The notes beneath the pieces were generated by a model, which saw only the letters and a program-made list of their open reading frames with translations, ran no database searches and was not told the DNA's origin. This document shows positions 8,248 through 18,919 of a DNA stretch of 33,429 bases, in pieces (the stretch's first letter is position 1; each line of letters opens with the position of its first letter). Location: contig JAYZCA010000274.1 in the NCBI GenBank assembly GCA_036339235.1, forward strand, positions 1-33,429, in the 5' to 3' direction. The stretch comes from Candidatus Latescibacterota bacterium (lineage in GTDB: Bacteria; Latescibacterota; UBA2968; UBA8231). The translations under genes were made by a program, and so were the position numbers.

Positions 8248-9492
8248 ATGGACATTCGCGAAACCTTCGACCTGTCCGTCACCGGTCTTTTGTCGCACAA
8301 GCTGCGTACGATCCTGACCATGCTCGGCATCATCTTCGGTGTCGGAGCCGTGATCGCCATGCTGTCCATCGGCGAGGGCGCCAAGCAGGAGGCCCTCGAC
8401 CAGATCAGTCAGATGGGCATCCACAACATCATCATCCAGCACTGGAACCCGGCCGAGGAAGGCGATGAGGAGGACTCTGGCACCAGCAACCTCTCCGCAG
8501 GCCTCACTCGCGAGGACGCGCGTTCCATTTCCGAGATCTGTCCCCTGGCCGAGATCGTCGCGCCACAGCGCGACCTGAAGGTCAAGGCCCGCCACGAGAG
8601 CAACTCCTTTCAGACCATGCTCGTCGGCACGCGGCCGGAGTATATCGACGTGCTCAACGCCAGCATGGCGGAGGGCGTGTTCTTCACCGAGCATGACCTT
8701 CTGCAGGCCAGCCGCGTCTGCGTCCTCGGCGCCGACGCCAAGCGCGCCCTGTTCTACTTCGAGGAGGCACTCGGCGAACAGATCAAGATTCAGGATCAGT
8801 GGTACACCGTCATCGGCGTCCTCGCCGACAAGGGGGCTGCCGGGGGTAAGATCGGTGGTGTCCTCGAAGTGCGGAACACGGATGAGGACATCTACGTCCC
8901 GATCAACACGCTCCTCAAGCGCTTCAAGTGGGAGCCCACCGACCCCGAACTGACGCAGATCACGATCAAGGTCAGCGATCCCGACCGCCTGCAGGAAGCG
9001 GCCAACATCGTACGCGCCATCATCCAGCGGCGGCATCGCGGCGTCGACGATTTCAAGCTCGCTATTCCCGAAGAGTTGATGCGGCAAAGCCAGAAGACGC
9101 AGGCCATTTTCAACATCGTCATGGGCTGTATCGCCGGCATCTCCCTCGTCGTCGGCGGCATCGGCATCATGAACATCATGCTCGCCTCCGTCCTCGAACG
9201 AACGCGCGAGATCGGCATCCGACGGGCCCTTGGCGCGCGACGGAACGATGTCCTGGCACAGTTCCTCGTCGAGGCCGTCATGGTGAGCTTGCTGGGCGGC
9301 ATCATCGGCGTCATGATGGGTTATTCCATGACGAAGATCATCACTTTCTATGCACAGTGGAAAACGATCGTCCAGCCCTGGACCATCGCCCTCTCCTTCG
9401 GCGTGGCCGCCGGCATCGGCGTCGGCTTCGGCTACTATCCTGCCCGCCAGGCGGCCATGCTGAACCCCATCGACGCGCTTAGATACGAATAG
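8248..9492 (+). CDS. ABC transporter permease, MacB/FtsX family
   Basis: HKLRTILTMLGIIFGVGAVIAMLSIGEGA, large periplasmic domain, SLVVGGIGIMNIMLASVLERTREIGIRRALGA, PARQAAMLNPIDALRYE. Confidence 0.95.
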   Translation: MDIRETFDLSVTGLLSHKLRTILTMLGIIFGVGAVIAMLSIGEGAKQEALDQISQMGIHNIIIQHWNPAEEGDEEDSGTSNLSAGLTREDARSISEICPLAEIVAPQRDLKVKARHESNSFQTMLVGTRPEYIDVLNASMAEGVFFTEHDLLQASRVCVLGADAKRALFYFEEALGEQIKIQDQWYTVIGVLADKGAAGGKIGGVLEVRNTDEDIYVPINTLLKRFKWEPTDPELTQITIKVSDPDRLQEAANIVRAIIQRRHRGVDDFKLAIPEELMRQSQKTQAIFNIVMGCIAGISLVVGGIGIMNIMLASVLERTREIGIRRALGARRNDVLAQFLVEAVMVSLLGGIIGVMMGYSMTKIITFYAQWKTIVQPWTIALSFGVAAGIGVGFGYYPARQAAMLNPIDALRYE

Positions 9493-9502
9493 AGCGGCAC
9501 GC

Positions 9503-10315
9503 TCACCCTACTTGTACGAGCCGAATCCCGTCCTGAGCTCGTCGCTTGCGTTCGTACGGATAGCCCAAGGGGTTCTGCACGTACCTCACACCGTCGATCG
9601 TCTCGTCCCACGGGATGTGCGTGTGTCCGAAGACGTGAACGCTGGAGCCAGCGGCGCGCAGTTGCTTTTCCAGGCGATCGCTGCCACAGACCAGTGGCAA
9701 TTCCTTGAATCTCAGAACGGCCACCGGTGGCAGCACCTCGGGGCGCGGCAGGAAGTGGGAGAAGGTGATCACTCTCCTTCCCGGGGGCGGCCTCAGCCGA
9801 TCCTCATTGAGTCTGGCAAAATGACGGCATCGCGCCCCGTCGTCCGGCAGATGCGGGGGCCAGCGACAGCGCTGGTGGTCGGCCCAGCGACGCGAGATCC
9901 GGGCCGCCGGCGCGTCCGCGTGCAGTCGCTCGCTGAAGGCCGGCTCGTACCAGCCGCTCAGAGGCACCACCCACATCTCCCCCGCCGCCGCCGGCGCCGT
10001 CCGCACGCCGATTCGCGCACACAGATCGTCCAGCGCCTGCACTCGATCCAGGGACGTCTCTACCTCGCCGTCACCCTGTGCCTGCGATTCGTCATCCACC
10101 CACAGGTCGTGATTTCCGAACGTGAAGAAGACCTGTAAGAAGCGCTCCACCAGCGCCGTTAGCGCCGCCTCTGCCCGATCCAGCCGGTGCGACGCGTCGC
10201 CGGCTACAATCAGCGTGTCGCGGCGGTAGTCGGACCGTGACAGAGACTCCACCTGTTCGAGGTTGACCGCGAAGTCGACGTGCAGGTCGGAGATGGCGAA
10301 GATGCGGGTGGACAT
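9503..10315 (-). CDS. Calcineurin-like metallophosphoesterase (cytoplasmic)
   Basis: All five motifs present: SDLH, AGD, GNHDLW, SHFLP, FGHTH. Confidence 0.9.
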   Translation of the reverse strand: MSTRIFAISDLHVDFAVNLEQVESLSRSDYRRDTLIVAGDASHRLDRAEAALTALVERFLQVFFTFGNHDLWVDDESQAQGDGEVETSLDRVQALDDLCARIGVRTAPAAAGEMWVVPLSGWYEPAFSERLHADAPAARISRRWADHQRCRWPPHLPDDGARCRHFARLNEDRLRPPPGRRVITFSHFLPRPEVLPPVAVLRFKELPLVCGSDRLEKQLRAAGSSVHVFGHTHIPWDETIDGVRYVQNPLGYPYERKRRAQDGIRLVQVG

Positions 10316-10385
10316 GGTGGGAAATGGACAGTGTCGCGAGGGTCGCTTACCGTGTGACCCATCTGACAGGAAAGGTGAAGCTGAT

Positions 10386-11492
10386 ATGACCTATCGTGCG
10401 GCCGTCATCGGCCTTGGACGCATGGGCAGCACTTTCGACGACGAGATCGAGCAGGGAGGCACCCTGTTCCTCCCCTACTGCCACGCCCCCAGCTACACCG
10501 CCCACGAGCGGGTCGACCTGGTGGCCGGTGCCGATCCTCATCCCGAGCAGCGGCAGATCTTCGCTGACCGCTGGGGGCTGGAAGACGACCACGTCTACGC
10601 CGACTACGTGGAGATGCTGGAAGCCGAGAAGCCCGATATCGTCAGCATCTGCACCACCGCCCGCGGGCGCCACCGGATCCTGCTCGACACCGCTGCCGCC
10701 GACGTCGGCGCTATCTGGTGCGAGAAGCCCCTGGCCCTGACGCTGGCCGAGGCCGACGACATCGTCGATGCGTGTCGAAGGCAGGCAGTCACCGTCGCCG
10801 TCCACTGCGCCCGCCGCTGGACTCCTCTCTTCGCAGAGACGCGGCGGCGAATCGACAGCGGCGAGTTCGGCGACGTGCTGCAGATTACAGTTTATGCGCA
10901 ATGCGGCCTGTCTCACAACGGCTCCCACGCCATCGACATCATCCGCTACCTCGCCGGAGGCGATGTCTGTTGGGTCTTCGGTGAGATGGAATCCGATGAG
11001 GCCGCTGCCGGCGACGACGATCTGATGGGCAATGGCTACCTCGCTTTCGACAACGGCGTGCGCGCTTTCCTGCGCTCCACCCCCACGGGTCAGGCCTCCT
11101 GGGAGGTGGACGTCATCGGCACGCAGCAGCGCGTGCGTTCCGTGGCGGGGGGCCTCGACTGGGAACTGTGGAGCACGGTCCCCGGGGGGCCACGCGGCCG
11201 GGGCGTGCCGGCGCGCACCCCCTTTCCTTTGCCGGCTCGCATGCGTGGCATGGGGCTGAGCGTCATCGATGACTTGATCGCGGGCATCGAGACCGGGGCC
11301 AAACCACGCTGCAGCGACGCCGACGGTCTGGCCGCCCTCGAGGTCGCCGTCGCCCTGCGCGAATCGCACCGCCGTGGCGGCGTGCGGGTCGATCTGCCAC
11401 TGCAGGACCGCACCCTGGGGATTCAGTCGTCGGAGATCCGCCAGGACGACGAGCCTGCGCGCGTGCGTCGCGAGCGCGCCGCCCGCCGCTGA
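10386..11492 (+). CDS. Gfo/Idh/MocA family NAD(P)-dependent oxidoreductase
   Basis: Rossmann motif AAVIGLGRMG, PDIVSICT, CEKPLA, NGSHAID. Start at MTYRAAV (10386). Confidence 0.9.
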   Translation: MTYRAAVIGLGRMGSTFDDEIEQGGTLFLPYCHAPSYTAHERVDLVAGADPHPEQRQIFADRWGLEDDHVYADYVEMLEAEKPDIVSICTTARGRHRILLDTAAADVGAIWCEKPLALTLAEADDIVDACRRQAVTVAVHCARRWTPLFAETRRRIDSGEFGDVLQITVYAQCGLSHNGSHAIDIIRYLAGGDVCWVFGEMESDEAAAGDDDLMGNGYLAFDNGVRAFLRSTPTGQASWEVDVIGTQQRVRSVAGGLDWELWSTVPGGPRGRGVPARTPFPLPARMRGMGLSVIDDLIAGIETGAKPRCSDADGLAALEVAVALRESHRRGGVRVDLPLQDRTLGIQSSEIRQDDEPARVRRERAARR

Positions 11493-11516
11493 GTGCGCCA
11501 GAAACCCCAAAAAGGG

Positions 11517-12269
11517 TCATGCGTCCGGCCCGAGCAGCGTACTCGCGTTGTCGTGCAGGATGAGATTGGCTGTCTCGGCGTCGAGGTCGAGGATCACCCT
11601 CGCCACCGCCGCCAGGGGCATGAAGAAGGGCGCGTGCGACCCGTAGAGCAAGCGAGGTGCCAGCCCCGCATCGACGAGGCGCAGCAGGCTGTCCATGCCG
11701 TCCATCTGAGAGGTGTCGGCGAAGCAGCGCGGCAGCGACAGAATCGCCGGCGCGAGGTCCAGTACGGCCTTCCACGTGGCCCCGCCGAGGACCACTGTCA
11801 TGTCAGGGTGCCGGCGGGCAAGCTCGACGACCTCAGCGGCATCGGTGTCGGGCACCAGCGCCTGCGGGTGCTGACGCCGCGCGTCTTCCAGTCGCGTCTG
11901 CACCCAGAGGATGCGGCCCGCTGCGCCGATGATACGCGCCCAGTCATCGGCCTCCGACAGACCAAAGCCGGAATAGGCGGGCAGCCATCGTACGACAAGA
12001 ACCGCCGCGTCCACAGCGCGCTGTAGTTCCTCCTCCCAGGTCGCCACCGTCGGGTCGATGACCGGCGCCGCCAGCACCCGTCCGTCGGTATGGGCCGCGT
12101 CGTATACCGCGCCGTTGGCGGCGTGCGCATTGTGCGCAAAGACACCGTCCAGGGGCGACAGCAGCACGCGGCTGGAGCCAACATCAGCCACCGAGTCCAC
12201 CACATCGCCCGGGGCTCCGGGCAGCGCCATGCTGCCCCAGTGGCCGGTCCAGGCGCAGGCGTCGATCAC
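11517..12269 (-). CDS. Amidohydrolase_2-fold protein lacking canonical metal ligands
   Basis: GTG start with GGAGG upstream. Colinear with the neighbouring amidohydrolase (IDACAW..., ELARRHPDM..., FADTS, RLLYGSHAP). Confidence 0.75.
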   Translation of the reverse strand: MIDACAWTGHWGSMALPGAPGDVVDSVADVGSSRVLLSPLDGVFAHNAHAANGAVYDAAHTDGRVLAAPVIDPTVATWEEELQRAVDAAVLVVRWLPAYSGFGLSEADDWARIIGAAGRILWVQTRLEDARRQHPQALVPDTDAAEVVELARRHPDMTVVLGGATWKAVLDLAPAILSLPRCFADTSQMDGMDSLLRLVDAGLAPRLLYGSHAPFFMPLAAVARVILDLDAETANLILHDNASTLLGPDA

Positions 12270-12285
12270 GAGGACCTCCAGATGC

Positions 12286-13125
12286 TCATCGCGCGCGTTC
12301 CGGGAGGAGGTTTCGCAGGTTGTCCCAGAGGATACGACGCTTGTCGGCGTCGCTGAGGCGCGCCCCAAGAACCTTGGCCAGCGTCACCCCGAAGTGGCGG
12401 ATCGGCGCGTCGGACCCGTAGATGACACGGTGTGCCCCGAGGCGCTCCACAGCGAGTTCCACCATCCCCGTCTCCGGATCCCCGCCGGATGTGTCGACGT
12501 AGATGTTCTCACAAGTCCGCACGTCCTCGACGCCGCGGGGATTGCAGCCGTTGAGATGGGCCATAATGATGCGGGCCTGTGGATGACGGCGCGCCAGTTC
12601 GGCCACGTCCGCGGGAGTCGACTCCCCCGGGAGGTTGCCCATCGTCTTGCGCCAGGCGTGTTGCAGCACCGGCACGCCGAGGTCGACGGAACGTTCGAGA
12701 ATGGGGTCCAGCCCCGGTTCGGTGGCCCGTTGGGCAACCCAGAGCTTGATGCCCACCATGCCCTCGCCTGCTACGCAACGGTCGATCTCGTCGCCGGCAG
12801 CGGCGGGCGTGGAGGGACTGACGTAGCAGAACGGGAGGAAGAAGCCGTCGGAAGTGTCGCGCATGGCCAGCGCGTAGTCGTTGGCAGCCCGGTACTGCTC
12901 GGGTGTGGGATCCCGTGGCGTGGAACTGTACAGCGAGAACAGACACGCCCGCGTGATCCCCGCCCGTTGGGCTGCCCCGCGCAGACGCTCCACGTCCCCG
13001 CGGACACCGTCGAAATCGAAGCTGCCAAAGTTGTCGAGGGGATGAACGTGCGTGTCGATCACGGGACCGCCAGGGTCGAGGCGGTCCCGCAACCTGTGCA
13101 GAAGGTCGTCAGCCGGGGATGTCAT
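12286..13125 (-). CDS. Metal-dependent amidohydrolase (Amidohydro_2, TIM barrel)
   Basis: IDTHVH, GMVGIKL, PVLQHA, IIMAHLNG, NIYVDTSG, RVIYGSDAP, ILWDN. Confidence 0.9.
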   Translation of the reverse strand: MTSPADDLLHRLRDRLDPGGPVIDTHVHPLDNFGSFDFDGVRGDVERLRGAAQRAGITRACLFSLYSSTPRDPTPEQYRAANDYALAMRDTSDGFFLPFCYVSPSTPAAAGDEIDRCVAGEGMVGIKLWVAQRATEPGLDPILERSVDLGVPVLQHAWRKTMGNLPGESTPADVAELARRHPQARIIMAHLNGCNPRGVEDVRTCENIYVDTSGGDPETGMVELAVERLGAHRVIYGSDAPIRHFGVTLAKVLGARLSDADKRRILWDNLRNLLPERAR

Positions 13126-13148
13126 CGCGGCGCAAGGTAACCGATCGC

Positions 13149-13196
13149 CTATTCGATAGCGAACACCGCCGACACCGTCGCCGTCACCTCCACCTC
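13149..13196 (-). pseudogene. Orphan C-terminal remnant of a second SIMPL/DUF541 gene
   Basis: Two nt after the SIMPL stop, the minus strand reads GAG GTG GAG GTG ACG GCG ACG GTG TCG GCG GTG TTC GCT ATC GAA TAG = EVEVTATVSAVFAIE*. This parallels the intact gene's end, ELTFAAQLQVIYELTD*. Confidence 0.6.
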
Positions 13197-13198
13197 TC

Positions 13199-13906
13199 TC
13201 AATCAGTCAGTTCGTAGATGACCTGCAGTTGGGCGGCGAAGGTCAACTCTCCCACGCTCACCGTCGAGCTGCTCGTGTCCATCGCCTTCATCATCATCGC
13301 CTGGGGTCGCCCGCCACGCACGCTGGACTTGGAGATGCGCAGCACCTTGCCCAGGCGGGTGTCGTGCAACTCAGCCAGGTGCTGGGCTTTCTGACGGGCA
13401 TCCGCCGCTGCCAGGGCTCGCGCCTGCAGCGCCATCTGTGTGTCGTCCTGCAGCGTGAAGCGGATGCCGCGGACTTCGTTCGCTCCCGCTTCGACGAGAC
13501 GATCCAGCAGGACGCCAGCGCGTTCGATGTCGCGGATCGTCACTTGCAGCAGGTTGCGCACGACGAAGCGCTCTCCTGGGCGATCGACGCCCCGCTGGGA
13601 CTGCGACCCCCTCTCCCGGTGGATCGCAAAGTCAGATGTGAGCACATCAGCGTCCTCGACGCCGTTCTGGCGCAGAGCCTGCCGCAGGGAGGCGACCAGT
13701 TGGCGGTTCTGAGACATGGCAAGCGTCGCCGTCTCCCCGTGGGCGGTGACGCCCAGTTCGGCGATGGCCAGATCCGGCCGGGCACGCGCCGAACCCGCAC
13801 CGCTCACGGTGATGTGACGTCCCTGAAGCACGTCCTTGGCCGCTGCGGGAAAGGCCAGCAACAACAGGCCTAGTCCCAGACCGGGTAGTATCTTCATCGA
13901 GTTCAT
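13199..13906 (-). CDS. SIMPL/DUF541 (YggE/BP26-like) periplasmic protein
   Basis: Signal peptide ending PAAA; ITVSGAGSARARPDLA, LLDRLVEAGANEVRGIRF, ARALAAADARQKAQHLA, LGKVLRIS. GAGGA upstream. Confidence 0.9.
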   Translation of the reverse strand: MNSMKILPGLGLGLLLLAFPAAAKDVLQGRHITVSGAGSARARPDLAIAELGVTAHGETATLAMSQNRQLVASLRQALRQNGVEDADVLTSDFAIHRERGSQSQRGVDRPGERFVVRNLLQVTIRDIERAGVLLDRLVEAGANEVRGIRFTLQDDTQMALQARALAAADARQKAQHLAELHDTRLGKVLRISKSSVRGGRPQAMMMKAMDTSSSTVSVGELTFAAQLQVIYELTD

Positions 13907-13925
13907 CGGTGTCCTCGCATTCGGA

Positions 13926-15104
13926 GTGTCGTCATTGTTCTTCGCCGTCTTCTTACTGTTGCTCGCTTCCGTTTACGGCTATCCTGCATGGCGCCTGCAG
14001 TCCGCTCTGGCGCCGGTGCCGTTGGTGGCGTGGGCCTGGACAGCCGCCACAATCGTCATGGCTCTGCTGCCGGTGGCCCTCTTCGTCACCATGCGGACCA
14101 CGGACGTGCCCGAGAACTGGCGCCGGCCCATCGCCTGGGTCGTCTATGTCGGGCTCGGCGGGGCGATCATCCTCTTCGACGTCGTCGCCTTGCGTGATCT
14201 CTTGTGGGGCGCCGTGTGGCTCGTCGAACGAGCCGTGCCCACCGACCTGCTACCCGCAGCCCAACGCGCTGACTGGTTCGCCCTGAGTGCACTCATGTGT
14301 CCCGGAGTCACCATCCTGCTGTCCGGTTTCGCCTTTTACCAGGCCAGGCGGCGACCTCCGGTGCGTCACGTGACCGTCCACATTCCCGGTCTGCCCCGGG
14401 ATCTCGATGGCCTGCGCATCGCCCATATCACCGACATGCACGTAGGCCCGACGATCCGCAGGCCCTTTGTCGAGGTCGTCGTCGCCACCGTGCAGGAGTT
14501 ACAGGCTGACCTTATCGCTTTCACCGGGGATCTCGCCGACGGGCCAGTGGCAGAGCTGGCCTCCGAAGTTGCCCCCGTAGCCCGTCTGTCGGCGCCGCTG
14601 GGTGTCTGGTTCTGCACGGGCAACCACGACTACTACTGGGACGCCCGCGGCTGGATGGCCAAGATCGACGCACTCGGTCTGCGACTGGTCAGCAACGGGC
14701 ACGGCGTGGTCACGCGCGGCGATGCCCGCCTCGTCGTCGGCGGCCTGCCGGATCCTGCCGGCATCACGGGACTACCTGACGATCCACGACACACACCGGA
14801 CGCCGATGCCGTCTTCGCCGGCGCGCCGGAAGGCACCCGCCTGTTGCTCACCCATCAGCCGGCTATCGCCATCGCCGCTGGGGACACCAACGCCGCACTG
14901 ACCCTGAGCGGGCACACCCACGGTGGGCAGATCTTCCCATGGTCATTGCTGGTGGGGCTGCAGCAACCCATCATCGCGGGTCTGCACCGCCGGGTGGACC
15001 ACCCCGACTGGATCTACGTCAACCGGGGCGTCGGTTACTGGGGACCACCCATGCGCCTGGGCGCCCCATCCGAGATCACTTGCCTCACCCTGCGCTCGGA
15101 CTAG
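13926..15104 (+). CDS. Membrane-bound metallophosphoesterase, YkuE/YaeI type
   Basis: Three to four N-terminal TM helices; TDMH, TGDLAD, GNHDYY, THQP, SGHTHGGQ, GYWGPPMRLGAPSEI. Start uncertain; GTG 13926 chosen to avoid overlapping the divergent SIMPL gene. Confidence 0.88.
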   Translation: MSSLFFAVFLLLLASVYGYPAWRLQSALAPVPLVAWAWTAATIVMALLPVALFVTMRTTDVPENWRRPIAWVVYVGLGGAIILFDVVALRDLLWGAVWLVERAVPTDLLPAAQRADWFALSALMCPGVTILLSGFAFYQARRRPPVRHVTVHIPGLPRDLDGLRIAHITDMHVGPTIRRPFVEVVVATVQELQADLIAFTGDLADGPVAELASEVAPVARLSAPLGVWFCTGNHDYYWDARGWMAKIDALGLRLVSNGHGVVTRGDARLVVGGLPDPAGITGLPDDPRHTPDADAVFAGAPEGTRLLLTHQPAIAIAAGDTNAALTLSGHTHGGQIFPWSLLVGLQQPIIAGLHRRVDHPDWIYVNRGVGYWGPPMRLGAPSEITCLTLRSD

Positions 15105-15109
15105 GAATC

Positions 15110-16032
15110 CTACTCCCCTCCGTCGAGAATCCTCGCCAGGTGTTCGTGGAACACGCCGATACGTTCCTGCAGCACGGCTTCGACTTCCCCCAATTCCTGG
15201 GCCCGCGCTCTGAGACGCTGGCCCTCCAGCAACCAGGGCGCCTCTATCGGAGTTGCCGCCGAGTCCACAAAGCTCGGGGCCACCGTCCGGGCTCCGCGCA
15301 TGGTCGGTGACTCTCGGTTGAGGTCAGGTCGATCCATGCCACGGATTCTCAACATGTCGGTGCCGTCACCGTGCATCCGGATCAACTCCTCTGCCACGTG
15401 CCAGTACTTCCGCATCACGAAGACCTGGCGGTCGATGAAACGTAGTTGCCTGGCGATCTCGCGCTGCCGCTCCTGGTAGTAGGCCACACGGTCCTGGGCG
15501 TACTCGATCTTCTGCCGCAGTTCTTCCGGGCCGTCCTGCGCCGAGATCGACAATTCATCCTCATCATCGAACCGATGATTTGAAGCGCGGATGGTGTTGC
15601 CCAGCCCTTCTCTCTCTTCCTGAAACACCAGCAGCTGACGAAACAGTCCCTCGTCCCAACCATCTTCCGTCAACAATCCGTGCAGCCGGCTGATCTCCCA
15701 GTCGTAGGAGTCCCGCAGGTCGGCCTCGAGGGAATCACCTACCGTCACCAGACTGTCGAGGCGCCGCTCGATGACCCGCAGCCGTGCGATCAACATGCGC
15801 GACGCTGTACGGGTGCGCAGCAGTTCGTACGACTCGGGATCCTGAGTCCAGAGGCTCTCGGCCCGCGCCGACAGAGAGTCCTTTTGAGCTACCAGCCGGA
15901 TACGGACCGACATCAGGGAATCGGATGACAGATTCAGCAGACCGCGGCGCTCCTGCAGGGTCGTCAAGTCGCGGATCTGCGCCGTCGTCGACGTCGCGAC
16001 GAACAACAGGATGAAGGGAAGGGCGAGCCGAC

Positions 16033-16036
<4 letters not shown>
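15110..16036 (-). CDS. Secreted hypothetical coiled-coil protein
   Basis: Signal peptide MSRLALPFILLFVATSTTA; several E/R/L/Q-rich helical runs; 4-nt overlap with the response regulator stop. Confidence 0.75.
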
Positions 16037-17441
<1,405 letters not shown>

Positions 17442-17445
<4 letters not shown>

Positions 17446-18893
17446 GCTTCCTCTTCCTCTGCCGGGGCCCGTACTGCCGGCAGGACCAGGCGGAAGGTCG
17501 TGCCACGGCCGGGCTCGGACTCGACCTCGACGTGACCGGCATTCGTCTCGGCTGTTTTCTGAACGATTGCCAGGCCCAGACCGGAACCCCTCTCCCGGGT
17601 CGTGAAGAAGGGTTCGAACAGGCGTCGGCGCACGTCATCCGGCACACCGGGGCCGGTGTCTTCCACTTCCAGGGCAACATGGTCACCCAAGTCTCCCACG
17701 TGGCGGGCACGGACGGTCAACGTGCCACCCTCGCCCATGGCCTGTACCCCGTTCTTCATCAGATTCACGACGGCTCGCTTAACCTGCTCTGCATCCGCGT
17801 GGACACGAACGCCCGGTGACACCTCTCCCCGAAAGGTAACACCTGCCGAGTCCATCTCCGGTGACAACAGGAAGGCGGCGTCATCGACGACGTGGGACAG
17901 GGGCACGTCCTCTGGTTGCGGCGACGACGGCCGTGCGAAGTCGAGAAACTCAGAAATCACCAGATTCAGCGTCCGCACCTCGGCGCTCACCTTGTGGATG
18001 TGCGCCTTGCGGGGATCGTCGTCGGGGAGATCGTCGGCGATGAGGCCCGCGTAGATCTCGATGCCGCTCAAGGGGTTGCGGATCTCGTGCGCGACACCGG
18101 CCAGCATCTGCCGCAACTCGGCATCGCGCGCCAGCAGCCTGCGACGCATCTCCTCCATCGTCTCGCCGAGGTAGCCGATCTCGTCCGTCGCCTCGACGTG
18201 AATCTCGCGCTCCAGGTTGCCACGGCCGATCTCGCGCGCCGCCGTCACCAACCGCTTTACAGGGCGCGTGATATGGCGCGCCACGCCGACACCGACGAAC
18301 AGGGTCAGCAGCGTGCCGAGGCCGGCCAGCAGATAGACGGAGCGCTTGAAGCCGACGATGGCCTCCATGTAGCCGGCGCCGATGTCGACGCCGACGGCGG
18401 CGACGATATTGCTGCCGTGGTAGATCGGGGCGTACCCCGTCATGTAATGATCACCCGTCTCCTCGTCCGTAAAGCGCGCCGTGTGTGCCAGCTCTCCGCG
18501 CCACACGGCCTCGACCTGCCGGCGATGGAAGCTGAGCAGGTGTACCTCGCGGCCGATGCGGGTACCCACCTCCGTGTCGACGAGGCTGCGGCCGTTGCGA
18601 TCGAAGGCGTAGATACGACGCGCGCCGAGGGCCGTCTGCGTCTCGCGCAGCGTGCTCTGCAGCTGGTTGTGCAGGCGCATGTGATCCATGCCCGGTATCA
18701 GTCGGGTCACCAGACCACGCCCGAGATCGGCCGCTACAAACTCCGCTTCCGCCAGCAGATGAGAGGCCAGCTGCTCCTCCAGGCTGGTCAGCGCCTGGCG
18801 GTACAGGACCCAGCCACTGCCCCCCAGTCCCACCAGTGCCAGGGTGACGAAGCTGAACACCAGACGACGTCCCAGGCCGCCCTGGCGGCGCAC
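17442..18893 (-). CDS. Sensor histidine kinase (2 TM, periplasmic sensor domain, HAMP, HisKA, HATPase)
   Basis: HAMP ITRPVKRL...DEIGYLG; H-box AHEIRNPL; N-box NLMKNGVQAM; DTGPGV; FEPFFTT; GSGLGL. GTG 18893 has GGAGG upstream; alternative start at 18929. Confidence 0.93.
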
Positions 18894-18919
18894 CGGGATC
18901 CCTCCCTGCGCGAAGTTTG

